The translations under genes were made by a program, and so were the position numbers. Below are positions 28,531 through 37,723 of a DNA stretch of 64,000 bases, in pieces (within the stretch, counting starts at the first letter, position 1; each line of letters opens with the position of its first letter). This DNA is from Candidatus Brocadiia bacterium. Its GTDB lineage: Bacteria > Planctomycetota > Brocadiia > CAIUPP01. The notes under the pieces were generated by a model. That model was not told the DNA's origin. It saw only the letters and a program-made list of their open reading frames with translations, and did not search any database. The stretch lies in contig JBKQWE010000033.1 in NCBI GenBank assembly GCA_052139675.1, forward strand, positions 12,122 through 76,121, given 5' to 3'.

Positions 28531-29946
28531 TCACCGCGCGCGGCGTTTGCTCTCGGGGCGGATCAGCGCTTCGGGGGACAGGAGCTTTTCGGCCTGCTCG
28601 CGCGTGACGTAGCCCAGCTCGAGCGCCGTTTCGCGGATGGACTTGCCGCCGGCGAGCGAGCGCTTGACGATCTCGGCGGCCTTCTGATAGCCGCAGACCG
28701 TGTCGAGGATCGTGGCCAGCGCGGGCGTGGCCTCGGCGTAGCGGCGGCAGCGCTCCGCGTCGGCGGAGACGCCCGCGACGCATTTCGCCGTGAACGCGCC
28801 GATCGCGTTCGGGAGGATCTGCAGCGACTGCAAGAGGTTGTGCGCGACGAGCGGCATCATGACGTTCAGCTCGAGCTGCCCCGCCTGCACCGCCAGCGAG
28901 ATCGCCGCGTCGTTCCCGACCACCTGGAAGCCGACCATCGCGAGCATCTCCGGCATGACCGGGTTCACCTTGCCGGGCATGATCGAGGACCCCGGCTGCA
29001 GCGCGGGCAGGCGGATCTCGCCGAGGCCGGTGACCGGCCCGGAACTCAGCAGGCGGAAGTCGTTGCCGATGCGGATGCACTCCAGCGCCAGCGCCTTGAG
29101 CGCGCCGGAAAGGATCGAGAACGGGGCCAGGCTCTGCGTGGCCTCGAACAGATCCGGCGCAGGCTGGAGCTCCAACGCGGTCAGGTCGCGCAGCCGGCGG
29201 ACGACTTCCTCGCGGTAGCCGCTGAACGTGTTGACGCCGGTGCCCACGGCGCTGGCCCCGATGCCGAGCGCGCGCAGGTGCGCCGACGATTCCCGCACGG
29301 CGTTCGCGGCGCGCTCGATCGCCGAGGCGTAGCCGCCGAATTCCTGCCCGAGCGTCAGCGGCACGGCGTCCATCATGTGCGTGCGGCCGGCCTTGACGAC
29401 GCCTTGGAATTCGTCCGCCTTGGCGCGCAGCGCGCTCACGGCCTCGCGGAAGACCGGCTCCGCCTCGCGCAGCAGCATCAGCGCGCCGAGCCGCATCGAG
29501 GTCGGCACCACGTCGTTGGTGGACTGGCCGAGGTTCACCTGGTCGTTCGGATGGACCACGGCATAGTCGCCGCGTCGGCCGCCGAGGATCTCGATCGCGC
29601 GGTTCGCGATGACCTCGTTGACGTTCATGTGGAACGAGACCCCCGCGCCGCTCTGGAAGGCGTCCACGACGAACTGGTCGAGCAGTTTCAACGAGATCAC
29701 GTCATCGGCCGCCTTGGCGATGGCCGCGGCGACCTTCGGCGGCAGGCGGCCGGCGGCGCCGTTCGTCTGCGCGGCGGCCTTCTTGACGCAGCCCGCCGCG
29801 CGCACCAGGAACGGGCTGACACGCAGCCCGCTGATCGGATAATTCTCCACCGCCCGCTGCGTCTGGGCGCCGTAATAAGCCGCCGCCGGGACGGCGATCT
29901 CGCCGAGAGAATCCTTCTCCCTGCGCATCTTCCCTGATCTCGTCAT
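28531..29946 (-). CDS. aspartate ammonia-lyase / class II fumarate hydratase family lyase (AspA-like)
   Basis: Fumarate-lyase signature GSSIMPGKVNPV. N-terminal region (YYGAQTQRAVENYPIS ... QSGAGVSFHMNVNEVIANRA ... NPNDQVNLGQSTND) tracks AspA/FumC closely. Confidence 0.85.
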   Translation of the reverse strand: MTRSGKMRREKDSLGEIAVPAAAYYGAQTQRAVENYPISGLRVSPFLVRAAGCVKKAAAQTNGAAGRLPPKVAAAIAKAADDVISLKLLDQFVVDAFQSGAGVSFHMNVNEVIANRAIEILGGRRGDYAVVHPNDQVNLGQSTNDVVPTSMRLGALMLLREAEPVFREAVSALRAKADEFQGVVKAGRTHMMDAVPLTLGQEFGGYASAIERAANAVRESSAHLRALGIGASAVGTGVNTFSGYREEVVRRLRDLTALELQPAPDLFEATQSLAPFSILSGALKALALECIRIGNDFRLLSSGPVTGLGEIRLPALQPGSSIMPGKVNPVMPEMLAMVGFQVVGNDAAISLAVQAGQLELNVMMPLVAHNLLQSLQILPNAIGAFTAKCVAGVSADAERCRRYAEATPALATILDTVCGYQKAAEIVKRSLAGGKSIRETALELGYVTREQAEKLLSPEALIRPESKRRAR

Positions 29947-30054
29947 GGGTTGCTCCCGCGCAATATTACGTTGGATTATGTTGGGCTTTATCTTAGCAGG
30001 CGAGGCGGGGAAAATCTATGAAAGCACCGGGAGGTGTAAGCGGAGTTCCGCCGG

Positions 30055-30654
30055 CTACTTCATCAGCTCCCGGCCTGCGTTGAACGCCTCGTCGAGCGCG
30101 GCGGGATGCTTTAGGATGTCGCCGAGCGCGTCAATGGACGGGTAGAAGAGCTCGCCGGTGAGCCGGATGTCCAGGACGACGCACCAGGCGGCGACGACCT
30201 GCCGCGCGCACTTGTAGAACCGGTCGTGCTTGAACCCGCCGCAGGAGAGGAAAAGCGCCTCGCGGTCCGGGTTGGCGTGCGGGCGCTTGAGCAGGTACTT
30301 GCGCGCCCAGATCGCCTGGCAGCGGTCAATCATGGTCTTGAGCTGCGCGGAGACGCTGGCGAAGTAGATCGGCGAGGCGATGACGAACCGGTCCGAAGCG
30401 TCGAGCGCCTCGTAGATGCCCTTCATGTCGTCGCCCGCGGCGAACCGGCAGTAGCCGGTCGCGTTGCAGAAGCGGCAGTTCTGGCAGGGCAGGAACTTAA
30501 GCTCGTTGAGCACGATCTTCGTGACCGCCGCTCCGGGCGCGGCGGCGGCGACGCCCGCCAGCGCGCTGTCGAGGAGCTTCTCCGAGTTCCCGCCCCGTCG
30601 AGGGCTGCCCGCAAATGCCAGGACTCTGTGCTCCAAGCGCTCTCCTTCCGTCAC
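30055..30654 (-). CDS. NAD(P)H-dependent FMN reductase / iron-sulfur flavoprotein family (flavodoxin-like fold)
   Basis: RVLAFAGSPRRGGNSEKLLD at the N-terminus, a typical NADPH-dependent FMN reductase start. Cys cluster PCQNCRFCNATGYC as in Isf-type proteins. Confidence 0.6.
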   Translation of the reverse strand: MTEGERLEHRVLAFAGSPRRGGNSEKLLDSALAGVAAAAPGAAVTKIVLNELKFLPCQNCRFCNATGYCRFAAGDDMKGIYEALDASDRFVIASPIYFASVSAQLKTMIDRCQAIWARKYLLKRPHANPDREALFLSCGGFKHDRFYKCARQVVAAWCVVLDIRLTGELFYPSIDALGDILKHPAALDEAFNAGRELMK

Positions 30655-31641
30655 TTACTTTTCATCGTCCTCGTCCTCGTCCTCGTCGTCGTCCTCGTCG
30701 TCCTCGTCATCAGTCTCATCCTCGTCCTGCTCTTGCTCAGCCTCAGGAGCCGGCGCGGGAGGTGGTTCATCAACCGACGGGACGTCAGGCAGGACGATGC
30801 CGGAATCCTCATCGGGCCATTCGTCATCGGGCGGCTCTTCCGGTTCGGCGGAGGGCGCGGGCGCGGGGGATCCTTGCGGCGGCTCGGGAGGAAGCAGCGG
30901 CGGCGCCTGCACGCGTTCCTCCGGCGGGACGTACGTCAGCCAGATTTCGCCGAACGCCTCCGCCTGCTCCACGCGGAGGACCTGCTGCTTCACCAGTTCC
31001 AGCAGTGCGATGAACGTTCCGATCAGCCGCACGCGCGTCATCTGCCCCTGGAAAACGCCGGCGAAGGTCAAGCGCCCCGCCGCGCACATCGTCTCTTCCA
31101 GCTCGCGCTGGATTCTCTCCTGCGGCATGGGGTCGAAGACGAGATTGTGGCCGCCGCCGGTCTGCTGGAGGATCTTCGAGAACGCGTCGAACAGCGTCCA
31201 GAGGCTGACGCCGGCCGGCACTCCCGATACGGGACCGACCGTCCCGTCCGGCCGCTCGCCCGGCCGCGCGAACCGCTCCGACTGCAGCTCGGCCCGGTCG
31301 TTCAGCGCCAGCGCCGCCTCCTTGAAGCGCTTGTACTCGAGCAACTGGCGCACGAGCTCCATCCGCGGGTCGTCCGGCTCTTCCTCGGGCATGGGCTCCG
31401 GTTCGGGCGTCATCAGGCGCGACTTGATCTCGATCAATTGCGCCGCCATGACGATGAATTCGCCGGCGACGTTGATGTTCAGCTCGGTCATCAGCTCCAT
31501 GTACCGGAGGTACTGCTCGGTGATGCGCGCGATCGGGAGGTTCCACAGGTCCACCTCGGACTGGCGGATGAGGTACAGCAGCAGGTCGAGCGGGCCGCTG
31601 TAGGTGTCGAGTTCGACTTTATAATCGAGGCGATCGGTCAT
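30655..31641 (-). CDS. scpA: segregation and condensation protein A (ScpA) with long Pro-rich and poly-acidic C-terminal tail
   Basis: MTDRLDYKVELDTYSGPLDLLLYLIRQSEVDLWNLPIARITEQY is a canonical ScpA N-terminus. Start codon overlaps the upstream OYE stop (ATGA). C-terminal 80 aa are PPEPPQGSPAPAP... then DEDETDDEDDEDDDEDEDEDDEK. Confidence 0.8.
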   Translation of the reverse strand: MTDRLDYKVELDTYSGPLDLLLYLIRQSEVDLWNLPIARITEQYLRYMELMTELNINVAGEFIVMAAQLIEIKSRLMTPEPEPMPEEEPDDPRMELVRQLLEYKRFKEAALALNDRAELQSERFARPGERPDGTVGPVSGVPAGVSLWTLFDAFSKILQQTGGGHNLVFDPMPQERIQRELEETMCAAGRLTFAGVFQGQMTRVRLIGTFIALLELVKQQVLRVEQAEAFGEIWLTYVPPEERVQAPPLLPPEPPQGSPAPAPSAEPEEPPDDEWPDEDSGIVLPDVPSVDEPPPAPAPEAEQEQDEDETDDEDDEDDDEDEDEDDEK

Positions 31642-32774
31642 GACTTCGGCGGGAATAATCCGGGCGCGGGCGGCTTGAGGCGGCCGTCGGCGACCCGGGG
31701 ACAATGCACCGGCCCATTGCGGCGCGAGGAGCATTCGTTGCACGAGATGCACGTGGCGCGCGGCTGCCCGGCGCGGAGCCGCGCGACGAGGTCCGGCTCG
31801 GCGATGAACGGGCGCGAGACGGCGACGAAGTCCAGCCCGTCGCCCTCGAGCGCGCGGACCATGACCTCGTAGGAGCGGAACCCGCCGCAGGCGCCGACGG
31901 GCACGGCGCCGACCGCGCGCTTGATCTCCACGGCCTGCGTGAGATAGTACGCTTCCTCCTGCGGTTTCGGATCGCCCTTGCGCATGGGCGCGCAGCGCTC
32001 GTCGCCTTCGGCCATCCAGCCGCTGACCTCGATGGCGTCAATCCCTTCGGCGGCCAGGGCGCGCGCGGCCTCGCAGCTCTCGCCGAGCGACAGGCCGTCC
32101 TGGATGAAGTCCTCGCAGTTGAGCTTGACGCTGACCGCCAGGTTCGGCCCGGCGGCGGCGCGCGCGCGGCGGAACGCCTCGATCACGAAGCGGCGCCGGC
32201 GCTCCGGCGTGCCGCCCCATTCATCGGTGCGGCGGTTGGTGTGCGGCGAGAGGAATTCGCTGAGCAGATATCCGTGGGCGCAGTGGAGCTGGACGCCGTC
32301 GAAGCCGGCCTCGCGCGCGCGGCGGGCGGCCTGGCCGAAGGCGTCGAGCGTTTCCTCGATCTCGCGCGCGGTCATCTCGCGCGGGCGGACTCCGCCGCCG
32401 ACCGCGACGGCCGAAGGCGCGACCGGCTCGCTGACGAGATCAGCGGGCACCTGGCGGCCGCCGTGCGCGATCTGCATGAAGAGCCTGGTCTCCGCGCGCT
32501 CCTGGTGGACGGCCTCGGCGATCTGCCGCCACGGGCCGACCAGTTCGTCGGAGTGGATGCCGCTCTGCGTCGCCGCGGAACGGCCGTTCGGAAGGACGTA
32601 GGCGTAGCCGGAAACGATCCACGGCGCGCCGCCCCGCGCGAGCGCCACGTACATCTTGCGGATCGCCTCGCCGGGCCGGCCCTGCGCGTCGGCGGCGTTC
32701 TCGAAAGTGGCGGACCGCGCCAGGCGCCCCGCGACGGTCACCGGCCCCGCGCGCATCGGTCGGAAAAGGATCAC
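31638..32774 (-). CDS. NADH:flavin oxidoreductase, Old Yellow Enzyme family, with C-terminal Cys-rich extension
   Basis: N-terminus LFRPMRAGPVTVAGRL matches the OYE consensus (LF.P..iG...l.NR). TIM-barrel FMN region (HGGRQV, CAHGYLLSEFLSP). C-terminal CISCNECS...HCP. Confidence 0.75.
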   Translation of the reverse strand: MILFRPMRAGPVTVAGRLARSATFENAADAQGRPGEAIRKMYVALARGGAPWIVSGYAYVLPNGRSAATQSGIHSDELVGPWRQIAEAVHQERAETRLFMQIAHGGRQVPADLVSEPVAPSAVAVGGGVRPREMTAREIEETLDAFGQAARRAREAGFDGVQLHCAHGYLLSEFLSPHTNRRTDEWGGTPERRRRFVIEAFRRARAAAGPNLAVSVKLNCEDFIQDGLSLGESCEAARALAAEGIDAIEVSGWMAEGDERCAPMRKGDPKPQEEAYYLTQAVEIKRAVGAVPVGACGGFRSYEVMVRALEGDGLDFVAVSRPFIAEPDLVARLRAGQPRATCISCNECSSRRNGPVHCPRVADGRLKPPAPGLFPPKS

Positions 32775-32783
32775 GCGGGTCCC

Positions 32784-34328
32784 TTAGTTCGACGCGGGCA
32801 CGGTGATCGTCAAGACCGTCCCCGCCGTCAGATGCCCGGCCTGCGCCACGCTGATCTTGTTTTCCTTGGCGATGTCGCGCCACGCCTCGCCTTTGCCGAG
32901 CACCTTCTCGCTGATCACCCAGAGCGTCTCTCCGCTCTTGACTGTGTAGGTGACCACTTTCGAGGCGCCGGCCGGCTTGGGCGCGGGCGTCGCCGGAATG
33001 GCCAACGCCGCCGGCGGCGTCGAAACGCTCCGGGCCTGCGGCGGCGCCACGTTGGTTCGCGGCGGCGTTACGCTGTTGCGCGGCGGCTCGTCCACCTTCG
33101 GCAGGTTCCAGACGACCGGCTTGACGGCGTTGGGCGGTGTGGCGGGCGCCTGGGCCAGGCTGCCGGGCGCGCGCAGCGGCGCAGGCGGCATCTGGACCGG
33201 GGTCGCCGCCGCAATGCCCTGGTGCGAATGGCTGGCGGCCGCGGCCAGGTTTTTCGCGAGGACCGCATCGTCGCTCGAGCCGCTGAGGGAGTAATAGGCG
33301 AACACCGCCAGGAAACAGGCGGCGACCGCGCCGCCCAGCAGCGCGCCCTTCTGGAACCGGCGGAGCCGCCGGCGGACGATCCACATCTCCTGGTCCGCGC
33401 GTTTCTTCAGGTCGGCGGCCTCGCGATCGAAATGCGCGCGGAGCGACGTGAGCTCGGTCTCGCGCGAGCTGAGCTTGTCCTGGAGCAGGCCGACCGCCTT
33501 CTCGTTCGACTCGACCTGCTGGCGCAGCGCCACGGCCTCCTCGCGGGTCTTCGAGACATCGGCCTCGAGTTCGGCGATGTGCTCGCACTTCGCCTCGACG
33601 CCCTGCTTGAGCTGCGCGGCGGCGGTGCGCAATTCCTCGAGCTCCGTGTCCGCGCCGGCCAACTGCTGATGGATCGCTTCCATTTCGCGGATCCGCCCGG
33701 ACTGGCCCTCGATCGTCGCGGCCAGTTCCTCGACGCGGCCGCCGGCCGCCTCGCGCTCCGCGCGCTCCTCGGCCAGGGACTTTTCCTTTTCGGAGAGCGC
33801 CTGGTCCTTCTCGGTCAGCAGGCTTTCCTTCGAGGCCAGCGCCACTTCGAGCTCGCTGACCCGTTTACGCAGGGCCGGAAGCTCCGCGTTATCGGAATTC
33901 AGCCGCGTCACTTCCGCGCGCGCGCGCGCCAGTTCGGCGAAGGCCTTTCGAAGGTCGGCGGCGGCCTTGTCGCGTTCGCCGCGAGCGGCCGCGGCCTCCT
34001 GCCGGAGCGCCTCGACCTCCGGATGCGGCGCCGCCGGCGCCGGCTCGGGCGCTGCGGATGCCGGCGCGCTCGGCTCCATGACCGCCGTCACTTCCTCGGC
34101 CTGGACCGCTGCCTGCTCCGATGTTGTGAGCCCGACGTCTTCATCTCCCGCGGGCGGCGCGTTGGACTCTTTTGAGGCTGACGCCTCGGCGTCGAGAATC
34201 TGAAGCGCCTCGCTCCGCAACGGCTCCGGCCGCATGCTCGCGATGATCCGAATTCGGTCGTCAGGATAACCCTTGCGCCGATAATCGTCCACGAATGCGC
34301 GTGCGTTTCTCATCATTTTTCTCCTCAA
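32784..34328 (-). CDS. coiled-coil membrane protein with C-terminal LysM peptidoglycan-binding domain
   Basis: Long heptad-like Ala/Glu/Leu-rich segment, one TM helix (ALLGGAVAACFLAVFAYYSL), Pro-rich linker, C-terminal LysM (VVTYTVKSGETLWVISEKVLGKGEAWRDIAKENKIS...GTVLTIP). Confidence 0.65.
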   Translation of the reverse strand: MRRKMMRNARAFVDDYRRKGYPDDRIRIIASMRPEPLRSEALQILDAEASASKESNAPPAGDEDVGLTTSEQAAVQAEEVTAVMEPSAPASAAPEPAPAAPHPEVEALRQEAAAARGERDKAAADLRKAFAELARARAEVTRLNSDNAELPALRKRVSELEVALASKESLLTEKDQALSEKEKSLAEERAEREAAGGRVEELAATIEGQSGRIREMEAIHQQLAGADTELEELRTAAAQLKQGVEAKCEHIAELEADVSKTREEAVALRQQVESNEKAVGLLQDKLSSRETELTSLRAHFDREAADLKKRADQEMWIVRRRLRRFQKGALLGGAVAACFLAVFAYYSLSGSSDDAVLAKNLAAAASHSHQGIAAATPVQMPPAPLRAPGSLAQAPATPPNAVKPVVWNLPKVDEPPRNSVTPPRTNVAPPQARSVSTPPAALAIPATPAPKPAGASKVVTYTVKSGETLWVISEKVLGKGEAWRDIAKENKISVAQAGHLTAGTVLTITVPASN

Positions 34329-34559
34329 GACCGCTATATGTTGCGTTTTGTCAACGCATGTAACCCATTAGGTCGGGCATTGTAGCAGAAGCGCGAAAAG
34401 GAAGCAAAATGAGGGCTGTTTCGCTCGCGAATCGCCAATGAAACCGGCCGTTTTAGCGCAAAATGAACGTTTCAGAAAAATTCGACAGTAGCGACACTGA
34501 AAAGCGCAAATGAGGCAAATCCTGCGGTTGGAGAGGGTCTTGTCAGCGGCGGATGAAGA

Positions 34560-34765
34560 TCATGTCAGACTGCCGTTGCGGGAAAACAGCACGTAGAGTT
34601 TCTGCAGGGCTTCGGACGGAATCTGGATCTCGAGAGGCTTGAGATTTTCTATAAGATGACCTCGCGCGAGGCCGCGTCATCCATCTTCATGCCGATGGTG
34701 AGGTAGCTCCCGACGCCCAGGCAACTGAGCTTGACGCCGCACTTTCCCATCTTGCGGTATTGCAT
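34560..34765 (-). pseudogene. aldo/keto reductase gene remnant (N-terminal 38 codons and C-terminal fragment, middle deleted)
   Basis: Minus-strand ATG at 34765 gives MQYRKMGKCGVKLSCLGVGSYLTIGMKMDDAASREVIL then stop, a typical AKR N-terminus. A second frame gives ENLKPLEIQIPSEALQKLYVLFSRNGSLT, an AKR-like C-terminus. Total under 70 codons. Confidence 0.5.
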
Positions 34766-34805
34766 GGCCGCCGTTGCCCTTTCGAGTTTGCCGCGACGCG
34801 GACGT

Positions 34806-35513
34806 CTAGCGCCACCAGATCCTGGCGCGAAGGCTCTCGATCCACCGGCTGATTTCGGCGGAGGCCTGATCAGCTTCGACGGAGAGGGCGAGAAGGTCGT
34901 CGGGGAGAATGAGGCGGCGCTCCTGGAGGATCAGGAGTTGCTCGCGGCAGGCGGCGAGGCTGCGCAGGGCGCGCTTGCAGTTGGCGATGTTGCCGCAGAG
35001 GGAGTCGCGCTCGTAGCCGATGCCGTGGCCACCGGCGACCTGCGCGGAGACCATCTGGGCGGCGAAGACGGCGCGCCGCGCGTCCTCGTCGTCGCTCCAT
35101 TTCTGCATCCGCCGCTCGAGCAGGTCCTCCAGCCGCGTCGCAAAGTCCTGCGCGCTGACGTAGGCGGGGATTTCGCGGAGCTGCTCGAAGCAGCCGACGA
35201 GGTCCTCGGCGTCCGGGTCGTCGTCGAGGCGCTCCGGCTCGGACATCAGGCGGAGCATCTCGTAGGCCTCGCAGTCGAAGCGCTTGTCGCAGGAGGGGCA
35301 TCTCGACGCCGTGCCGCCGCACTCCGCCAGGTCGTCTTCCCAGCCCATCTCATGCGCGATGAGGCGGTCGCGGTGCGGGTGATGGACCAGCGTCTCGAAG
35401 AGCTCCTGGAATTTAGCGGTGCGCGCGTCGGCGCGTTGGAGGAAACGCTCCCAGTCGTTCTCGTCCCACTCCTCGTAATCGGGGGCGTCGAAGACCGGCT
35501 CGAGCATCGGCAC
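34806..35513 (-). CDS. hypothetical protein (235 aa), acidic, Cys-containing
   Basis: Minus-strand ORF has balanced composition (MPMLEPVFDAPDYEEWDENDWERFLQRADART...CPSCDKRFDCEAYEML). The overlapping plus-strand ORF 34731..35573 is Ala/Gly/Leu/Val/Arg-biased and judged antisense. Confidence 0.5.
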   Translation of the reverse strand: MPMLEPVFDAPDYEEWDENDWERFLQRADARTAKFQELFETLVHHPHRDRLIAHEMGWEDDLAECGGTASRCPSCDKRFDCEAYEMLRLMSEPERLDDDPDAEDLVGCFEQLREIPAYVSAQDFATRLEDLLERRMQKWSDDEDARRAVFAAQMVSAQVAGGHGIGYERDSLCGNIANCKRALRSLAACREQLLILQERRLILPDDLLALSVEADQASAEISRWIESLRARIWWR

Positions 35514-35626
35514 GCCCTTTCGGCTTGCGGAGAGAAGTCGGGTCCGGCGTTTTGGCCGCCACAGTTTTCTTAAGCGAGTCTAACCCAATCGCGTCGGCGG
35601 AGTCAAGAATTTCGCTTTCGGCCGTT

Positions 35627-36112
35627 TCAGCCCGCGTGTCCGCGCCGTCCGCGCTTCTGCCGGAGGTGCCGGGCGTAGTCGTGGACGGCCTCTTCCTGCT
35701 CTTCGGTCTCGACCGCGCCGGGCCGGAGCGACCGGACCTCGGCGAGCGCTTCCTCCGGCGTCCGGCCGAGGCTGACGAGATAGCAGGCGGCCATGGTGCC
35801 GGTGCGGCCGCGCCCGGCGAAGCAGTGCACCAGCGTCCGCCGCCCCGCTTCGCGCGCCGCCGCGACGACGGAGACGAACCGCTCGATCTGCTCAGCGTCC
35901 GGCGCGCGGTAGTCGTCCACCGGGATATGGTGATACTCGATGTCGAACTCGGCCAGGATGTCGGTGTTGAGCGCCGTCTCGGTGAGGCTGACGACGACGC
36001 CGATCCCGGCGTCTTTGAACAGCTCGACGGCTTTGCGCAGATCGTATGGCCGGCCCATCGCGGCCAGGACGTCCGGCACGATCCAGGTCAGCGTTCCCTG
36101 CGTATCCAACAT
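35627..36112 (-). CDS. dual-specificity / tyrosine protein phosphatase (CX5R)
   Basis: Active-site loop VHCFAGRGRTGTMAACYL (HCxxGxxRT). Confidence 0.75.
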   Translation of the reverse strand: MLDTQGTLTWIVPDVLAAMGRPYDLRKAVELFKDAGIGVVVSLTETALNTDILAEFDIEYHHIPVDDYRAPDAEQIERFVSVVAAAREAGRRTLVHCFAGRGRTGTMAACYLVSLGRTPEEALAEVRSLRPGAVETEEQEEAVHDYARHLRQKRGRRGHAG

Positions 36113-36246
36113 CGCGCTCCTGAGGTTGAGGACGAGCCCAGAGGGTTGTTGCCGCGATGAAATGTCGTCAGATACAGCGTATCAAAAATCCGCGGGCGCA
36201 AGCAAGCGCAGGAAATGGGGAGCCGGCGCGGGCGGCGCGGCGCGCT

Positions 36247-36705
36247 TCAAAGCGGCTTCCGCGCCAGGCGTTCGAGATGGGCGACGATCAGGCCGGCCAG
36301 GTCGTCGAGCTGCTCGTTGAAGCTGAAGTGACAGAGGATCTCGCTGGCGCCGGCGGCGAGCATCAGGTTCAGGCCCTTGACCTGCGACTGCCGGTAGTCG
36401 GTGCGAACGCCGAGGACCGGCTTGCCCAGGCCGCGGGCGTAGCCGGTCTCGAAGGCCACGCCGCTGTCCGCGTCGGCGCCGTCCATGAGCGCCAGCACCA
36501 CGTCGGCGCTCGAGAGATCCTCGATGCAGCGCTTGAAGACCGTGGCCAGGTGGCGCCGGTCGTTGAACGAGGCGGTCCCGGAGCGGAAGTCCTGCGGCAG
36601 CACGATCTCGCACTGGGGCAGCAGCGCCTTGAGCTTCTCGGCCAGGCGGCGGTTATATTGCCGCTCCATCTGGCTGAACAGCGGCGCGGCGAGATAGATC
36701 TTCAT
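36247..36705 (-). CDS. nucleoside 2-deoxyribosyltransferase (NDT)-fold protein
   Basis: MKIYLAAPLFSQ matches the NDT-family N-terminal motif (iYlAgPfF). C-terminal DSGVAFETGYARGLGKPVLGV matches the catalytic-Glu region (D.GTaFE.GYa...KPv). Confidence 0.7.
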   Translation of the reverse strand: MKIYLAAPLFSQMERQYNRRLAEKLKALLPQCEIVLPQDFRSGTASFNDRRHLATVFKRCIEDLSSADVVLALMDGADADSGVAFETGYARGLGKPVLGVRTDYRQSQVKGLNLMLAAGASEILCHFSFNEQLDDLAGLIVAHLERLARKPL

Positions 36706-36714
36706 CCGCGGCGG

Positions 36715-37701
36715 TCATCCCTTGTAAAGCCGGCGCTTCAGGCTTTGAGAATAATCCGTCCAGCCGGCGTCCGCGTTCTTGTCCTCCGCGATGGTCTCGG
36801 AGATGTCCTTGAGCTTGGCGTCGAGGTTGTCCAGGTAGTGCAGCGCCACCGCCTCGGCGACCATTGGCAGCTTGGGCGAGCCGAACTCGAGCTCGCCGTG
36901 GTGGCTCAGGATCAGGTGCCGCAGCAGGTTGACCTTCTCCTCGGGCAGGTTCGGCAGTGCGCGGACGCGGTCCTCAAGCATGAGGACGCCGATGGTGATG
37001 TGGCCGACCAGGTTGCCGGCGTCGGTGTAGCGGAAGGTGCGCTTGCAGGAGAGCTCGCGCGTCTTGCCGATGTCGTGGAGGAAGACGCTGGCGAGCAGCA
37101 GGTCGCGCCGGAGCGTGGGATAATGCTCGAGGACCTTGACCGCCATCCCGGCCATCGAGAGCGTGTGTTCGAGCAATCCGCCGAGGTAGGCGTGGTGATT
37201 CTGCACCGCCGCCGGCGCGGTGCGGAAGGCGGCGCAGAAATCCTTGTCGGAGAGGAACGCGTCCACAACCGCCTTGTAGTCGGGGTCCTGGACCTGGGCG
37301 AGGATCGCCGCCAGGTCGCGCATCATCTCGGCCGGGTCGCGCACGCTCTGCGGGAGGAAATCGCTCAGGTGCAGCCCTTCGGTCTCGGCGCGCGTGATCG
37401 AGCGCGCGTTGACCTGGAGCTGGTTCTGGTAGCTCTCGACCTTGCCCTTGACGTGGATGAAGCTGTCCACGGCGATCGTCGCGGCGAAGGCCTCGGTGGC
37501 GTCCCAGAGGCGGCCGACGATCTGCCCGGAGCGGTCCTGCAACATCAGGTTCAGGTAGCTGCCGCCGGCGCGCGTGGAGCGCAGCGAGCACTCGGCGACG
37601 AGGAACACCGCGTCCACCGGCTCTCCGGCGCGCAGCGCGCCGACCATCTGCTTGCCCATGAGCTTCTGCCTGTCCTCGCTCGAAAAGAGTTTCGCCATCA
37701 T
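36715..37701 (-). CDS. OB-fold plus HD-domain phosphohydrolase, YhaM (3'-5' exoribonuclease) family
   Basis: N-terminal OB-fold-like region then HD motif (HTLSMAG...VFLHDIGK...HHGELEFGSP). Architecture as in YhaM. 9 bp upstream of the NDT-like gene. Confidence 0.7.
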   Translation of the reverse strand: MMAKLFSSEDRQKLMGKQMVGALRAGEPVDAVFLVAECSLRSTRAGGSYLNLMLQDRSGQIVGRLWDATEAFAATIAVDSFIHVKGKVESYQNQLQVNARSITRAETEGLHLSDFLPQSVRDPAEMMRDLAAILAQVQDPDYKAVVDAFLSDKDFCAAFRTAPAAVQNHHAYLGGLLEHTLSMAGMAVKVLEHYPTLRRDLLLASVFLHDIGKTRELSCKRTFRYTDAGNLVGHITIGVLMLEDRVRALPNLPEEKVNLLRHLILSHHGELEFGSPKLPMVAEAVALHYLDNLDAKLKDISETIAEDKNADAGWTDYSQSLKRRLYKG

Positions 37702-37723
37702 CTCCGCCGTGCGGCATTGCCGC

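Noticed and set aside
31704-34175. 823-aa plus-strand ORF opposite OYE and the LysM protein
   Set aside because: Spans two well-supported minus-strand genes. Typical high-GC antisense open frame.
34731-35573. 280-aa plus-strand ORF overlapping the 34806-35513 minus-strand gene
   Set aside because: Plus frame is Ala/Gly/Leu/Val/Arg-biased with no features. The minus frame has balanced, acidic, Cys-containing protein-like sequence. One of the two must be an artefact, and the minus-strand gene was kept at moderate confidence.
36182-36613. 143-aa Arg-rich ORF overlapping the NDT-like gene
   Set aside because: Alternative frame of a gene with clear NDT motifs. Extreme Arg/Pro/Gly bias.
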